64,000 nt of DNA from an uncultured Thermoplasmatales archaeon (GTDB lineage Archaea; Thermoplasmatota; E2; DHVEG-1), in the NCBI GenBank assembly GCA_964578185.1, contig CAZOBL010000001.1, forward strand, positions 721 to 64,720, given 5' to 3'. The notes beneath the pieces were generated by a model. That model had not been told where the DNA came from. It made no database searches and saw nothing but the letters and a program-made list of their open reading frames with translations. The position numbers were made by a program, and so were the translations under genes. Positions 10,031 through 19,205 of the stretch are shown in pieces. Numbering within the stretch: position 1 is the first letter of the stretch; every line of letters begins with the position of its first letter.

Positions 10031-10386
10031 TTTAAACCTTTTAAAAAATCTGATAAATCATCAGCTATTTTTTTAATTCGAGAATAATGCCGTGAAAGTT
10101 TTTTAACCAATTCATTCAATTGACTTAACGTACCAATTATCAGAATGTCAGCATTATCATCCTTTAAATCAAAAGATTTTTTTGGAACAGCAACTTCCCC
10201 GCCAATAGAAAGCATATCTTGTTTAATAATAATAGCATCCTGCAATACAATATTTTTAAGCTTAATCACTTTTAAAACAGCTTTTGGAGCCATTATATCT
10301 ATACTTTGTGGATCACTTCCAATTTCTTCAATGGCCCTCTTTGCATCAGTTATATCTTCAATTTTTACTAAATCCATATCATACAT
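10027..10386 (-). CDS. Small conserved protein translationally coupled (ATGA overlap) to folP; possibly a DHPS-associated domain
   Basis: The ORF track begins at 10536 with a hydrophobic, low-complexity leader that overlaps the opposite-strand gene start. The internal ATG (rc of 10384-10386, MYDMDLVK...) gives a 119-aa soluble protein, which is the likelier product. The stop overlaps the folP start. Confidence 0.45.
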   Translation of the reverse strand: MYDMDLVKIEDITDAKRAIEEIGSDPQSIDIMAPKAVLKVIKLKNIVLQDAIIIKQDMLSIGGEVAVPKKSFDLKDDNADILIIGTLSQLNELVKKLSRHYSRIKKIADDLSDFLKGLK

Positions 10387-10490
10387 AGCTTGACAAGAGA
10401 AGCATAATAATGTTTTGTATATATCAAACCTTTTACATAAAAAAATAAAACCATAAGAGACATATATACTTGTCAAAATAACCTCTTTTT

Positions 10491-11591
10491 GTGATTCAAA
10501 AAAATAAAGCAGAAGAAAAAACACTGAAAATACCAATGTTTATAAGTGTTACAATAAGCATAATAGTAATTCTAATAATACTCTACTTTACTCTAGATGC
10601 AAAAACAATAGACACGCTAAGGGAAAGTAAAATAAAATATGAATTTCTTTTTTTAGCAATTCTACTGCAAATAACTTACTGGCTTATATGGAGTGGACGG
10701 CTGCAGATTCTAAGTAAAGCGATTGATAAAAAACTAAAAATTAATTTTTTTAAATCAGTAAAAATTGTACTGGCAAATCTTTTTCTTGGATGTGTAACTC
10801 CTTCGATGGCCGGAGGTGAACCGGTCAGGATTTATCTGTTAAACAAAGAAGGAATGAGTACAGGCTATGCTACCGGTGCAGTGTTAAGCGAACGGCTTCT
10901 TGATGCAATTTTTATGTTGTGTTGTGTCCCTATTGCATTTTTAGTTTTTAGAAGTTATATAAAATCAGACATCTTAACCACTGCTCTATCAATTGGAGTG
11001 ATTTTCTTTATTGTATTACTTTTTCTTTTTTTATATGCGATAAGAAGACCTGATAAAATAAAATCCTTTTTATTGTTTATAAATAAAAAACTTAGTAAAT
11101 TTTTAAAAAATAAAGAAAAAAATATCACAGTAATTAATCGCATCAATAGAGAAGTAGACAATTTTCATGATAGCATAACTTGTTTTGTAAAAAAAGAAAA
11201 AAAAGCATTTTTAATCGCAGGTATATTAACAATTACTTTTTGGTTATCAGGTTTTTTAATTCCTTCTATGATTTTACTTGGACTAGGGTTACCGCCTTTT
11301 TTTATTGAATCTATTGCCGCTCAAATACTTTTACTAGTTATAGTTATGATGCCTACAACCCCCGGTAGTACAGGTGTTGCAGAGTTAAGTGTGGTTGGTC
11401 TTTATAGTGTTTTAATAGGAACTGGTGGTGGTTCGCCCATTGGTGTTTTTATATTGTTGTTTAGACTAATTACTTATTACTTGCCTATGGCCGTAGGTGC
11501 TCTATTTCAATATCAAATGTTTAATTCTGTATTATCTTTTTCCATGGATAAAATTAAAAATGTGGGTACAGAAATTGAATGTGAAACATAA
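10491..11591 (+). CDS. Flippase-like/LPG-synthase-TM family (UPF0104) integral membrane protein
   Basis: 366 aa with ~8 TM helices and motifs of the lysylphosphatidylglycerol-synthase TM region family (GCVTPSMAGGEPVRIYLL; PTTPGSTGVAELS). An alternative start lies at MFISV (10536). Confidence 0.65.
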   Translation: MIQKNKAEEKTLKIPMFISVTISIIVILIILYFTLDAKTIDTLRESKIKYEFLFLAILLQITYWLIWSGRLQILSKAIDKKLKINFFKSVKIVLANLFLGCVTPSMAGGEPVRIYLLNKEGMSTGYATGAVLSERLLDAIFMLCCVPIAFLVFRSYIKSDILTTALSIGVIFFIVLLFLFLYAIRRPDKIKSFLLFINKKLSKFLKNKEKNITVINRINREVDNFHDSITCFVKKEKKAFLIAGILTITFWLSGFLIPSMILLGLGLPPFFIESIAAQILLLVIVMMPTTPGSTGVAELSVVGLYSVLIGTGGGSPIGVFILLFRLITYYLPMAVGALFQYQMFNSVLSFSMDKIKNVGTEIECET

Positions 11592-11650
11592 ATAATTTGT
11601 ATTTTTTCAGACGTCACATTTTAATAATAGAAATTTATTCTGCCTATCCT

Positions 11651-11815
11651 ATGAAAAAAGCTGAATTATGTATCTCCTGTGGAAAAAGGCTGCTAGGACA
11701 AGGCTGTACCGCTTTTCCTTGCCCAACTTGTGATAATGTCATAGGAAGATGCAGTAGCTGCAGGGAACAGAGTGTAAAATTCGTATGTCCTGATTGTGGT
11801 TTTACCGGACCATAA
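11651..11815 (+). CDS. Zn-ribbon protein conserved upstream of archaeal EF1-beta
   Basis: Four CxxC pairs (CISCG, CPTCDN, CSSCRE, CPDCG). The ORF track begins at 11597, but the compact product starts at MKKAEL (ATG 11651). Conserved archaeal synteny with aEF1B. Confidence 0.7.
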   Translation: MKKAELCISCGKRLLGQGCTAFPCPTCDNVIGRCSSCREQSVKFVCPDCGFTGP

Positions 11816-11824
11816 AAGATATAA

Positions 11825-11832
11825 GGAGGAAA
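11825..11832 (+). promoter_or_regulatory. Shine-Dalgarno-like ribosome-binding site for aEF1B
   Basis: taAGGAGGAaacttaagATG. Confidence 0.6.
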
Positions 11833-11838
11833 CTTAAG

Positions 11839-12117
11839 ATGGGCGATGTAGTCGGATTAATCCAAATAATGCCAACTGACGTATTAGAGGATGAAAAGTT
11901 AAAGCAAATGGTTGAAGAAATTAAAAAATATGTAAAAGCTCCTGCTAGAGTGGGAAATATAGAAATTAAACCTGTTGCATTTGGCCTTAAAGGCATAAAT
12001 TTAACAGTAGTAATACCAGACAGCGCAGGAAAAGGCGGAATTGATCCTATAGCAGAAGAAATCTCCAAGATGAAAAACGTTGAATCTGCGGAAGTAAAAG
12101 ATGTCGGATTAATGTAA
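11839..12117 (+). CDS. Translation elongation factor aEF-1 beta
   Basis: The 92-aa product (MGDVVGLIQIMPTDV...VKDVGLM) is typical of aEF1B. An AGGAGGA RBS lies 7 nt upstream of the ATG at 11839. The ORF track's longer upstream extension overlaps the Zn-ribbon gene and is not used. Confidence 0.85.
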   Translation: MGDVVGLIQIMPTDVLEDEKLKQMVEEIKKYVKAPARVGNIEIKPVAFGLKGINLTVVIPDSAGKGGIDPIAEEISKMKNVESAEVKDVGLM

Positions 12118-12149
12118 AAAAACCTTTTTTATCTTTTTTTTAAATTAGA
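12118..12149. terminator. Oligo-T tract between convergent genes (archaeal-type terminator candidate)
   Basis: The sequence aaaaacctttttatcttttttttaaatt lies between the aEF1B stop and the 3' end of the minus-strand regulator gene. Confidence 0.35.
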
Positions 12150-12884
12150 TTAAGCAGCTTTGCCAGGCTTTTTGAGATGTTCATTAAAACGTTGTAAGGA
12201 TTTAACACCTATATCTGTAGGATAATAAACAGGGTATACAGAGTTGCTGGTATCTCCATCAACCATTTCAGCGTTCAACATTTTTTTAATATGCCATTTA
12301 ACTGTATGATGATTAAGATCTAGGGCATTAGCTATTTCTAAAAGATGTTTTCCAGGTTGTTGTTTTAAATATTTCATTATCTTCTGAGCGTTTTTATTTT
12401 TTAAAACAGATTCCGCCACAGCTTCTTTACGAGCTTCAACACCACCCTCCACAAGATAATATACCTTTTTACCACCGATTTCACGGCTTCTTACAAGGTT
12501 TGTCTGCTCAAGTTTACGCAGATGCCATGCAGCATTACTTGGCTTTAAATCAAGCTCACGAGCTATCTCACGTAAATGCGAACCCGGAAACTCATCAATA
12601 TATTCATATAAATTTTTCCTAACATCTGTATCTAAAACATTTTCAGCGGTAACATATTTAATTCCGCCAAAAGTAAAAAGAGCAATTAAGGTAACAACTA
12701 CAACTACAATAACCGCAATTGAAATACCTACTGTTGAATCCGGCTTAATTGGCTCTGCAGCAGATACATTCCCAGAAGATAACAAGAAAAAAATCAAAAA
12801 TAAACAAAAAAATAAGCCCAACTTTCCTTTAGAGTCCATATTCATATCCCATCCTAAACCATTAACTGTTATACAGCATCCCAA
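12150..12884 (-). CDS. Membrane-anchored transcriptional regulator with two tandem winged-helix domains
   Basis: 244 aa. The N-terminus has a signal/TM stretch plus a second TM (ISIAVIVVVVVTLIALFTFGGI). Two wHTH units follow: EFPGSHLREIARELDLKPSNAAWHLRKLEQTNLV, and QQPGKHLLEIANALDLNHHTVKWHIKKMLNAEMV. Confidence 0.6.
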   Translation of the reverse strand: MGCCITVNGLGWDMNMDSKGKLGLFFCLFLIFFLLSSGNVSAAEPIKPDSTVGISIAVIVVVVVTLIALFTFGGIKYVTAENVLDTDVRKNLYEYIDEFPGSHLREIARELDLKPSNAAWHLRKLEQTNLVRSREIGGKKVYYLVEGGVEARKEAVAESVLKNKNAQKIMKYLKQQPGKHLLEIANALDLNHHTVKWHIKKMLNAEMVDGDTSNSVYPVYYPTDIGVKSLQRFNEHLKKPGKAA

Positions 12885-13042
12885 ACAGTTTATATAGGAT
12901 AATAAATTAAATATTTAAAAAGTTTACCTAAAAAATTGTAAAAACATCAAATAAAACTGATTAATGAAAAAAAATACACAAAACTTTATAAATATTGTAA
13001 TTCAATAAAAATATAAGACTAAATTCTAACAGAAGGAATGAA

Positions 13043-13675
13043 ATGGATAAACAAGAGATACTTAAAATTAAAACAAGAAAAGATATTTATAATCTAATCA
13101 AAAAAAACCCTGGAAAACACTTCAGAGAAATAAAAAGAGAATTAAAGATACCTGTCGGAACACTGGATTATCATTTACATTATCTTATGAAAAAAGAATT
13201 TATAAAGAAAAAGGTTGACAAAAAATATACAAGGTTTTATGTAAGTAAAGATACGAATGAGGTTAATACTAAGCTAATAAATATATTAAGACAAAAAGTT
13301 CCTAGAAATATAATACTCTATCTTTTTCTAAGACCAGATTCTTCAATAAATCAAATTATAAAATTTGGAAAGAAATGGAAAAATCATCCAACTAAAATTG
13401 GATTTTATCTAGATAAACATCGCACTACAATAGAATATCATTTAAAAAAATTAATAGATTTAGATATAATAGAGTCTCATAAAAAAGGAAAAACCAGATA
13501 TTATTTTATTAAAAATTATGAAGATTTACTAGATTTGTTTATTGTTTATGAAGAAAGTATATTAGAAGATGCTCAAGGTAGGTTTTTAAAATATCTCCAA
13601 TATATACCTAAGGATCTTATTGATAAATATACCGAAGCAATTTTCGATATTTTTCCACATCCTTATTATGGTTAA
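13043..13675 (+). CDS. Cytoplasmic regulator with two tandem winged-helix domains; paralogue of the DNA-binding part of 12150..12884
   Basis: 210 aa. It contains KNPGKHFREIKRELKIPVGTLDYHLHYLMKKEFI and a second wHTH-like unit (KIGFYLDKHRTTIEYHLKKLIDLDII). It is divergent from 12150..12884. Confidence 0.6.
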   Translation: MDKQEILKIKTRKDIYNLIKKNPGKHFREIKRELKIPVGTLDYHLHYLMKKEFIKKKVDKKYTRFYVSKDTNEVNTKLINILRQKVPRNIILYLFLRPDSSINQIIKFGKKWKNHPTKIGFYLDKHRTTIEYHLKKLIDLDIIESHKKGKTRYYFIKNYEDLLDLFIVYEESILEDAQGRFLKYLQYIPKDLIDKYTEAIFDIFPHPYYG

Positions 13676-13677
13676 AA

Positions 13678-16600
13678 TTAGAATATTTTATCCTTAAAAA
13701 AAGATATCAATTTATTTTTAACATTTAGATTTTTAAAATAGCCTATTTTTAAACTGTAAATAATTGTAATTATCGTTAGTATTATACTCAATAAAATTAG
13801 ATAAAAACCTAGACTTGGACCCCAGCTAGAGCTTAAACTTACATATTTAGAATGCCCTGGTATAAAAAATTCAATATTACCTGATCCTGAAAAACTACCA
13901 ACACAAAGATAAGCCAATTGTGACATAGCTATATAAAAAATTGAAAAAGAGATAATAAAAGTACCTAAGCCAGAGATAAGAGATAAACTGGACAAAAATT
14001 TATGTTTTTTTTGCAGGATAATACTTAAGATCATAGCCGTACAACCAACAATTATTATTAATGGAATCAATTCTATCACAGAAGAGAATTCTTTATCTAA
14101 AGTTGATGTCTCTCCAATTAATACATCAGTATCTGAAGTTAAACTTACCATCTCTGTTGGAACTAAAAACATTTTAGTTTCATGATCAAAATTAGATGAT
14201 GTACCATTCAAAGCCCACCATGGCATTAAGATAGCAATGATTGCTATTACTATAGCCATTATCTTAAAAAATACAATTAAATTTCTTTTTTTGATGAAAT
14301 AAATAGATAGTATTATACCCACTAAAATTAGCGAAATTATAAATAAGTCAATTGCAAAAGATGGTTGAGTTGTTACCATTACCAGTGATTCATCGTGGAT
14401 CAAAGATAAACAACGTTTCCCAATTAATTTGTTGTCTTTAAAAATTGACAGATTATAAGAACCTGGTGGTAACGATACCTGAACTAATCCATCATTATTT
14501 GTATTTTTTGTAATTTTAATCTTTTCTCTTTCAAAAACAAGTTTGGCATCTTTTAAGGGGTTACCACGATTGTCCAGAATAGTAAAAGATTGATTTAAAA
14601 CAACTGGAAAAACAATTTCTATATCCAAAGATTTATTTTTTGTAAGATCTACATTTTTAACTAAATCATAGGTGTTGTAACGAATTTTCAAATCATAGTT
14701 CGAAGGGTAAATATTTTTAAATAAGTATACATTTTTAGCTGTTTTATTTGATGGAAATAAAAAGTTTCCATCAAGCAGATTATCCTTTAAAGTGACATCA
14801 AGGGCAGCATCCATACTCAAATTCAAGTCATCGAAAAAATTTAATTTTAAATCTACTAGGTTTACGTTAAAAGAGCTTTTTTCAGGGATATCTATTTTCT
14901 CTTTGATATCAAAGTTTTTAAAATGTATACTCAAATTGTATGTTCCTGTTATCAAATTTTTAAAATAATAAATACCATTTTTATATTCATCAGGTTTTAT
15001 CAGTGTATTATAAACCATATTTTCAGATATTAATTCGATTTTAGTTTCAAATTCTGGTGTTTTTCCATCTGAAGTTAAAATTTTTACCTGGAAATCATTT
15101 GTATCAGCATTATAAACTGTTTTCTGCGGATTTATTAAATCAAAATACTTTAATTGTACATTTTCATCCTTTAGCAAAAAACCTTTGTAAAAAAGCTTTA
15201 TATTATATTTATCTCCCATTTTAAATGGTATGAAAAATTTACCTTTGCCATCTCCATCTGTCTTTATTTCATTTATTAAAAAATCATCTTTAAAAAGCTT
15301 AGCAGATACATTTTTTAATCCTTCCCCTTCTCTATTTAAGACATTTATATCGATAAAAGTTTCTAAGCCACAAAAAATATTTATTTTTTCATCACTGTTC
15401 AGTTCAACTAATTTTAAACCAATTATTTTTTTATCATGTTTTAATAAACTGTTCTCCCTGTAAACCTTAACAATATAATTTCCTGCAGGAATCTCTTTAA
15501 AATATGCTTTTTTGAAAAGAGAGCTGTTTTTAAAATCAAAAAAATCAAGAGCTGTTTTAATTTTTTCGATTGCCTTTTTATCTTCAAAATTAGGCATTTC
15601 GTCGAACTGGATCCTTCTACCGATAACAGATGATAAAAATTTTTCAGCGTTATACAACTCAACTGATATATATGGTAAATTTTTACCTGTTAAAGCGGAA
15701 AATAAAGATCCCAACGGAAATGCAGGAGCTTTATGAATAATTGTTGTAAGATTGAAATACTCGATATTTTCCTCATCTGGCTCTATATCTTCAGTTGATA
15801 CAGGTTGATACTTTATAATATCCCTAAAAATCTCAGCTTCTTTTCTTACAGAATTATATCCATCTTCTTCTGATGAAAAAAAATCTAAATTAAATTCTAC
15901 AACAAAATCTTTAGGAATTTCGTTATCTTCTTGCGAATTGCTTTCATAAGAATTTCTACTAAGAGAGGTATATATTAATCGACTGTCCAAACCAGGCAAT
16001 TGAATAATTTTAGATTCATATTGTGTTAATTGAAGCCCTTGTCTTTCATTTTTCCCAGATTTTATAATATCAGTTGAGTCAAAGATTAACCCGTGAGATT
16101 CACCTGTTTCTCCATTATCAAAAGAAATCCAGCTTTCAGAACCAATATCACAATCGGATCTAGCGGGTATAACAGCATTCCATCTTCTACTCTCAGGATA
16201 TTGATTTATATTATATTTTAAAACTCTTTCTTCTTCACTATAAACGTGCAAATATTTAGGGACATTCCCCCCATAATTCAAATCTTTTAATGTAGTACTT
16301 TTTAAACCACCCAATTGACTGGTAACAAAATTAAGAGTTATCTCCTTTGATTCTGGCATAGGATATTTAATTATGTCATTTTTAACATGGGTATATATTC
16401 TTTTATTATCAATGGGTGAGTAATAATATTTGTAATAACATGTGGTCTGTATTCTATCATCATTTGAACGGCTTATTATACCAAATTTTACCATTAAATT
16501 TCCATCAACTAGTATTTTTTTGGAAAATAATTTTTCTCCAGAGCTAATTAAATAAGTTTTATCTTGGACATACCAATATTTAAACTCAAGAGAAATCATT

Positions 16601-17247
16601 TGTCTACCATTTTTAGGTAGGAATCTACTGGATTCGGGTTTGAGTTTAATTATTTGCTGAGAAGTTTTAGTACCTAAAAATTGTCCTTCTTGAACAACAG
16701 CATATACAACCTTTCCATCTTCATTGATTTGATAAAAATTAGATTCAGCACTATAACCGGGAATTACTTCTTGATAGATATATTCATCAGAAATATCAAC
16801 ATGGTCAACATAATTAGCAGATTCTTTGATTTCATCGTCATAATAAATAAAATATCTTTCAGATCCATCCGCAAAAACAGGTATTAAAAAAACAATATTA
16901 CATCTTTTAAGATAGCCTTCTTCATTAAAAGTTAAATTATATACTTGGGATTCTAACTCATTCCATGAGTTATCTATCCAACACAAAACTCTAACAGAAT
17001 TTGTCTTCTCGTTTTTTGCCCAACATACATCTTTAAAATTAAGGGAGATGTCAATAGGTTGATATTTTGCTTGCTCGCTATTAGTTACAATTGGTAATTT
17101 GATCTCTTCTCTAAATGAGTAAGATTCGTCCCACCAACTTAATTCATTATTTTCAGAAGAACTGACCGTAATTACAAAAATTGAATTAAAGAATATAAGA
17201 GAGAATATTAATATCGGTTTAAGCAAATTTTTTGTCATCATTAACAC
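13678..17247 (-). CDS. Large surface/membrane protein: signal peptide, extracellular region with carboxypeptidase-regulatory-like (prealbumin-fold) Ig repeats, and a C-terminal multi-TM domain
   Basis: 1189 aa. The N-terminus is hydrophobic. CarboxypepD_reg-like units are present (LDNRGNPLKDAKLVFE...DGLVQVSLPPGSYNLSI; TSDGKTPEFETKIELIS...GIYYFKNLITGTYNLSI). The last ~350 aa contain about 8 predicted TM helices. Confidence 0.7.
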   Translation of the reverse strand: MLMMTKNLLKPILIFSLIFFNSIFVITVSSSENNELSWWDESYSFREEIKLPIVTNSEQAKYQPIDISLNFKDVCWAKNEKTNSVRVLCWIDNSWNELESQVYNLTFNEEGYLKRCNIVFLIPVFADGSERYFIYYDDEIKESANYVDHVDISDEYIYQEVIPGYSAESNFYQINEDGKVVYAVVQEGQFLGTKTSQQIIKLKPESSRFLPKNGRQMISLEFKYWYVQDKTYLISSGEKLFSKKILVDGNLMVKFGIISRSNDDRIQTTCYYKYYYSPIDNKRIYTHVKNDIIKYPMPESKEITLNFVTSQLGGLKSTTLKDLNYGGNVPKYLHVYSEEERVLKYNINQYPESRRWNAVIPARSDCDIGSESWISFDNGETGESHGLIFDSTDIIKSGKNERQGLQLTQYESKIIQLPGLDSRLIYTSLSRNSYESNSQEDNEIPKDFVVEFNLDFFSSEEDGYNSVRKEAEIFRDIIKYQPVSTEDIEPDEENIEYFNLTTIIHKAPAFPLGSLFSALTGKNLPYISVELYNAEKFLSSVIGRRIQFDEMPNFEDKKAIEKIKTALDFFDFKNSSLFKKAYFKEIPAGNYIVKVYRENSLLKHDKKIIGLKLVELNSDEKINIFCGLETFIDINVLNREGEGLKNVSAKLFKDDFLINEIKTDGDGKGKFFIPFKMGDKYNIKLFYKGFLLKDENVQLKYFDLINPQKTVYNADTNDFQVKILTSDGKTPEFETKIELISENMVYNTLIKPDEYKNGIYYFKNLITGTYNLSIHFKNFDIKEKIDIPEKSSFNVNLVDLKLNFFDDLNLSMDAALDVTLKDNLLDGNFLFPSNKTAKNVYLFKNIYPSNYDLKIRYNTYDLVKNVDLTKNKSLDIEIVFPVVLNQSFTILDNRGNPLKDAKLVFEREKIKITKNTNNDGLVQVSLPPGSYNLSIFKDNKLIGKRCLSLIHDESLVMVTTQPSFAIDLFIISLILVGIILSIYFIKKRNLIVFFKIMAIVIAIIAILMPWWALNGTSSNFDHETKMFLVPTEMVSLTSDTDVLIGETSTLDKEFSSVIELIPLIIIVGCTAMILSIILQKKHKFLSSLSLISGLGTFIISFSIFYIAMSQLAYLCVGSFSGSGNIEFFIPGHSKYVSLSSSWGPSLGFYLILLSIILTIITIIYSLKIGYFKNLNVKNKLISFFKDKIF

Positions 17248-17537
17248 AAGATGTAAACTGAATTATTTGATTTTTATACTTATATATTATATTTTCTTTA
17301 TTATTATATAAAAGTTTTATAGTACAATCCTTTCAATAACCTAAAAAATTGAATGTTATACAAATGGAAAAAAATAGTAAGAATTAAAATTATCTTCATC
17401 AATAACTGTTTGTTTGAAAAATGCTATAAAGAAATTTAATAAGTAATTTTTTAAATATGATATCAAAAAGACAATTTACAATAATTAGGTTTAACAATCA
17501 AGCCGAAATCCAATGAAATAAATAAGGAGTACTTTAA

Positions 17538-19109
17538 TTGAAGGAAGAAGTTGAAACAAACGAAATTGAAAATTCTTTTAACGTAGTATTAAAAGGCTCA
17601 AGTCTAGTTTTGATCGGTACTTTAATCGCAGGAGTACTATCTCTTGTATACACCATTATTATTGCAAGATATTGGACAAAAACGGATCTTGGGATATTTA
17701 CCCTTGCTGCTTCTTTTCTAGGGATTTTTTCAACAATCGGATCTTTAGGAATTGCAAGAGCTGTTACAAGAAATATTGCATATTATAAGGGGAAAAAAGA
17801 TTATAAAACACTGCCTAATATTATCATTTCTTCAATTGTAATTATTTTTGTTGTAAGTTCTATTTTAGCAATTATAATGTTCATTTTTTCCGGATACATA
17901 GCTGAAAATATTCTTCAAGAGCCTGCACTTAAATTACCATTAATGATTTTTTCAGTAGCAATTCCTATCAATAACATAATCACAATTCTTACATCAGTTT
18001 TTAAAGGTTTTAACAATATAAAACCAAGAGTTTTTTTCGAACAAATATTTTTTAATTTTCTTTTCTTTATATTCATAATATTATTAGTATTTTTCAATGC
18101 AAGATTTATTTACGTTTTTTATTTTTATTTAGCTGCAGTTTTTATTACCTCACTAATTTTAGTAATATATACCTATAAAAAAACTCCTAAGCTCGATAAC
18201 TTATTTAATTTAAAACTCAGAATGTCTCAAGCTAAACCTCTGCTTTTATTTTCTCTTCCAATCTTAGGGATCGCTTTATTAAATACATCAACTAACTGGG
18301 CTAATATTTGGATGCTGGGTTTGTTTAAAAGTGCTGCAGATGTAGGAGTTTATAAAGTTGCCAATGTCGTTACAGGATTTATAGGCTTTCCTATTGGCAT
18401 ATTATTAGCTCTTTACCTACCAGTTATCTCAAATCTTTATGCAAAAAATAAAATTGATGAAATTAAAAGAATTTATACAATTATTACAAAATGGATCTGT
18501 TTTTTTACTTTCCCAATGTTTATTTTTTTATTTATTTTCACAGAACCATTTATAAGTTGGATATACGGAAATGAATATATCATAGCATCAGATACCCTCA
18601 GGATTTTATCATTTGCAATAATATCAACTAACTTCGCAGGTCCAAATGCTCCAACCTTAATATCGCTTGGTAAACCAAGACTTGTCATGTATTCCCTTAT
18701 AATTTCTTCTTTGATAAATATTATATTAAATATTTTGTTAATTCCAAATTATGGAATTGAAGGAGCTGCAATTTCTATGGCTGTTTCATTAATTTGTTTC
18801 AACTTAATAAAATGCGGAGTTCTTTATATATCAAAAAACATACATCCAATTAGCTACAACCTAATAAAACCAACTATATTAATGGTGATTTTTGGTACAA
18901 TTATATACTTATTTTGGAAAGATTTATTTTATTTTAGAAGATGGATGGTTCCGATACTTGTTATTAGCTTTTATTTGATATATTTTGTATTTTTTTTAAT
19001 CTCTAAAAGCATTGATAAAGAAGATATTGATTTACTTAAGAATATACAGAAAAAAATTCGGATTAGATCTAATTTATTAGTAAAAATTATGAAAAGATTC
19101 ATGAGTTAA
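17538..19109 (+). CDS. Wzx-like polysaccharide/oligosaccharide flippase (MOP/MATE superfamily membrane protein)
   Basis: 523 aa with ~12-14 TM helices and the typical polysaccharide-biosynthesis-protein topology. The start is a TTG at 17538 preceded by AAGGAG. The product is rich in I/L/F. Confidence 0.7.
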   Translation: MKEEVETNEIENSFNVVLKGSSLVLIGTLIAGVLSLVYTIIIARYWTKTDLGIFTLAASFLGIFSTIGSLGIARAVTRNIAYYKGKKDYKTLPNIIISSIVIIFVVSSILAIIMFIFSGYIAENILQEPALKLPLMIFSVAIPINNIITILTSVFKGFNNIKPRVFFEQIFFNFLFFIFIILLVFFNARFIYVFYFYLAAVFITSLILVIYTYKKTPKLDNLFNLKLRMSQAKPLLLFSLPILGIALLNTSTNWANIWMLGLFKSAADVGVYKVANVVTGFIGFPIGILLALYLPVISNLYAKNKIDEIKRIYTIITKWICFFTFPMFIFLFIFTEPFISWIYGNEYIIASDTLRILSFAIISTNFAGPNAPTLISLGKPRLVMYSLIISSLINIILNILLIPNYGIEGAAISMAVSLICFNLIKCGVLYISKNIHPISYNLIKPTILMVIFGTIIYLFWKDLFYFRRWMVPILVISFYLIYFVFFLISKSIDKEDIDLLKNIQKKIRIRSNLLVKIMKRFMS

Positions 19110-19205
19110 AAATATGTCATTATGAATTTATTAAACAATTTTTAATTTCCTAGTATTTTCTTAACAATTTGAAATAATTTAAACCAATAAAAATTTTTTT
19201 TACTT

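Noticed and set aside
10387-10536. N-terminal 50-aa extension of the folP-upstream ORF (start at 10536)
   Set aside because: The extension is hydrophobic and low-complexity and overlaps the start of the plus-strand membrane-protein gene. The internal ATG at 10386 gives a compact product directly coupled to folP.
17247-17537. 290-bp intergenic region as a possible ncRNA
   Set aside because: It is pure AT-rich sequence without stem-forming GC segments. It most plausibly holds the promoter and 5' UTR for the flippase gene, with AAGGAG before the TTG start.
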